16,281 nucleotides of DNA, taken from positions 1-16,281 of the forward strand of contig JBDRPD010000010.1 in assembly GCA_043827405.1 (NCBI GenBank). Reading direction: 5' to 3'. The notes under the pieces are model-generated. The model had not been told where the DNA came from and searched no databases. It was given only the letters and a program-made list of their open reading frames with translations. The DNA is from Elusimicrobiota bacterium (lineage in GTDB: Bacteria; Elusimicrobiota; Elusimicrobia; UBA1565). This document shows, piece after piece, positions 14,440-16,281 of this stretch (its first letter is position 1; every line of letters begins with the position of its first letter). A program made the position numbers and the translations under genes.

Positions 14440-14551
14440 CAGCAAGCTTTAGAGGAGGGTCCTCGGACTCAAGTACCGTGGGTACTCTCTTCGAAGGAAG
14501 CGAATGCGTCTAAACGGCGTTTTCGGAAACCTAAGGAGGAAAAGACAAGAG

Positions 14552-16120
14552 ATGAGAAAAACCCTCGGAATAGCTCTTGCCGCGGCTCTGATTTTCCCGA
14601 GCCAGGCAAGTGCAGAGTTGTTTAATAACCTGAAAGTGTCCGGGCAGCTGGACATCCAGAGCACGTCAGCGCGCAACGTCGCCGACTTCCAGACCGATGC
14701 GGACACCTGCGTGACCTGCACCGTCGCTGCCGGGACAGAGAATGACCGTGTCGGCAATACGCTCACCCGGACCCTGCTCAAAATGGAGTGGGATCTGCTC
14801 GATGATGTCCATGCCACGATCGGTCTGATCAAGAATGACCGGCCATGGGGCAGAAACGCCACGGCAGGCGATGATCAAACAGTGAACGGCGCGAATCAGA
14901 CACTGACCAATACCGCCACTGGTACAGACATCGGGGGCAATGTCAGCGTCAACCTGGCCAACATCAAGATCGACAAGATGTTCGGTCATTTCGACATCAC
15001 CTTGGGCCGCCAGTACTATGGCGACCCGGGCGACCTGATCGTCTACGTCGGTCCGTATGACACCCATGGCCTGTATGCCACCTCCGTAGACGGCATGCGC
15101 GTTGATGCGGAAAACGACATGCTGACTTTCACTGGCTCCTTTTTCACCACGGCGGGACCAGCGGATATTTCAGCAGGGGCCCAGGACTCCAACACCTACC
15201 TCAAAGGTATCGAGATCGGCATTAAGAATATGCCGGTTAAGTCCAAGTTCTTTGTTTGGAACCGCCTTGTCCAGCAGGCGGGGACCCTCGGCACTCCTCC
15301 GGCTGTTGTTGGACCGACGGCTGGCGGACTAAACGATAACCTGTACGTCTTCGGCACACAGCTCCGCGGCGAAGCCGCCGGCGGCTGGCTGAGCCTAGAC
15401 CTCGCAGGCAACCTCGGCACCGACAGAATCTCCGGCAATGCCTATGGCGGCGCCTGCGGCGTGGAATTCTGCCCTGCCGGTACGGCGAAGTACCGCGGTT
15501 GGGGCTTCCTGGTGGATACCGGCTACAATGCCGAAATCGCCAATGTCGGCGGCTTCACCCCTTGGGGCACCTTCGGCTTCGGCACCGGCCGCTCCAGCTT
15601 GGGCCAGAATAAAAACGAAGGCTTCAACACGATCGCGACCGACTTCCGGCCGGGCGTGATCAACCGTCGTTTTGCCGCAGCGAACGCAGCGCAGATCCTG
15701 GGCAGCGCGGCCAATAACATGGTCGCCGCGAACACCATGGACGGCGCGACGACCAACGCCGCGACCACCGGGCTGAACAACCGCGTAGTCTGGGGCGCGG
15801 GAGCGAACTTCACTCCCGCCTTCGAAGACCGCGCGACAGTCGGCGTGTCCTTCTGGGACTTCCGCTTTCAGCGGGTCACCGACATCGGCGCCGGGGCGAA
15901 AGTCCATCGGGCGCATGCCGGCAATACTCACATCGGCTCCGAGTTCGGGCTGACCAGCGAGTGGCGCCACTCCGAGAACGTAACCCTCGGCATGGGATGG
16001 GCGACCTTCCAGCCGGGCGGCTACATCAAGGAGATCATGGAGGACTCAGCGGCCAGCGTCCAGGGAGCGGGCAACAACCCCGTCCAGATGTGGTTCGCGG
16101 ACTTCACGGTTAAGTTCTAA
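14552..16120 (+). CDS. Outer-membrane beta-barrel protein (alginate-export/porin-like)
   Basis: Signal peptide MRKTLGIALAAALIFPSQASA; amphipathic beta strands; 'LGRQYYG' motif; C-terminal 'WFADFTVKF' with terminal Phe (BAM signal); RBS AAGGAGG at 14533-14539 supports the 14552 start. Confidence 0.8.
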   Translation: MRKTLGIALAAALIFPSQASAELFNNLKVSGQLDIQSTSARNVADFQTDADTCVTCTVAAGTENDRVGNTLTRTLLKMEWDLLDDVHATIGLIKNDRPWGRNATAGDDQTVNGANQTLTNTATGTDIGGNVSVNLANIKIDKMFGHFDITLGRQYYGDPGDLIVYVGPYDTHGLYATSVDGMRVDAENDMLTFTGSFFTTAGPADISAGAQDSNTYLKGIEIGIKNMPVKSKFFVWNRLVQQAGTLGTPPAVVGPTAGGLNDNLYVFGTQLRGEAAGGWLSLDLAGNLGTDRISGNAYGGACGVEFCPAGTAKYRGWGFLVDTGYNAEIANVGGFTPWGTFGFGTGRSSLGQNKNEGFNTIATDFRPGVINRRFAAANAAQILGSAANNMVAANTMDGATTNAATTGLNNRVVWGAGANFTPAFEDRATVGVSFWDFRFQRVTDIGAGAKVHRAHAGNTHIGSEFGLTSEWRHSENVTLGMGWATFQPGGYIKEIMEDSAASVQGAGNNPVQMWFADFTVKF

Positions 16121-16146
16121 GCGCACCAGGACATCCTCTAAAGACG

Positions 16147-16180
16147 GCCCCCCGGCGCAAGCCGGGGGGCTTCTTTATTT
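16147..16180 (+). terminator. Rho-independent terminator
   Basis: Perfect 10-bp stem GCCCCCCGGC-GCAA-GCCGGGGGGC followed by TTCTTTATTT. Confidence 0.9.
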
Positions 16181-16195
16181 GCTAGCAGTCCTGCG

Positions 16196-16281
16196 ATGAA
16201 ACGAACGGCGCTTACAGCGCTTTTCCTATTTACCGCCAGCCGCGCGATGGCGACCGGCCTCGACGTCACAACCGAGTACCG
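16196..16281 (+). CDS. 5' fragment of a secreted protein (runs off the window)
   Basis: Translates as MKRTALTALFLFTASRAMA-TGLDVTTEY..., a typical Sec signal peptide; frame open to the window end. Confidence 0.55.
   Translation, partial: MKRTALTALFLFTASRAMATGLDVTTEY

Noticed and set aside
14504..14551. Upstream ATG for the porin
   Set aside because: The strong RBS AAGGAGG and the signal peptide fit the ATG at 14552.
14708..14722. CxxC in the porin as a heme c site
   Set aside because: Sequence is CVTCT, lacking the His of CxxCH.
1..16281. CRISPR array, IS element or defence system
   Set aside because: No repeat-spacer array, transposase, terminal inverted repeats or recognisable defence genes were seen.

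Overview
GC-rich (roughly 60-65%) chromosomal segment from a diderm bacterium. The gene mix and order suggest a poorly studied lineage; Elusimicrobiota is my unverified guess. From left to right: the 3' end of a bat-like operon (BatD fragment, BatE-like TPR/SH3) plus a DUF4105 gene; three minus-strand genes for exported proteins (Pro/Arg-rich orphan, signal peptide + long coiled coil + ClpP-like peptidase, YceI); a plus-strand operon ASCH-miaB-PilZ/4Cys-miaA-hflX-plsY; DUF151 nuclease-HU/IHF-MerR-tRNA-Pro(GGG)-tRNA-Pro(CGG); acyP-sigma70-apt-tRNA-Arg(CCT)-TPR; then two tandem consensus sigma70 promoters enclosing a short terminated structured RNA, a large outer-membrane beta-barrel gene with a terminator, and the start of another secreted protein. 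I see no mobile element, integrase or CRISPR array. The three most unusual items are: (1) an apparently exported ClpP-family protease on a coiled-coil stalk of seven 25-residue repeats, (2) a PilZ protein with a C-terminal four-cysteine motif wedged between miaB and miaA, and (3) an unannotated ~85-nt RNA with its own promoter and terminator upstream of the porin.
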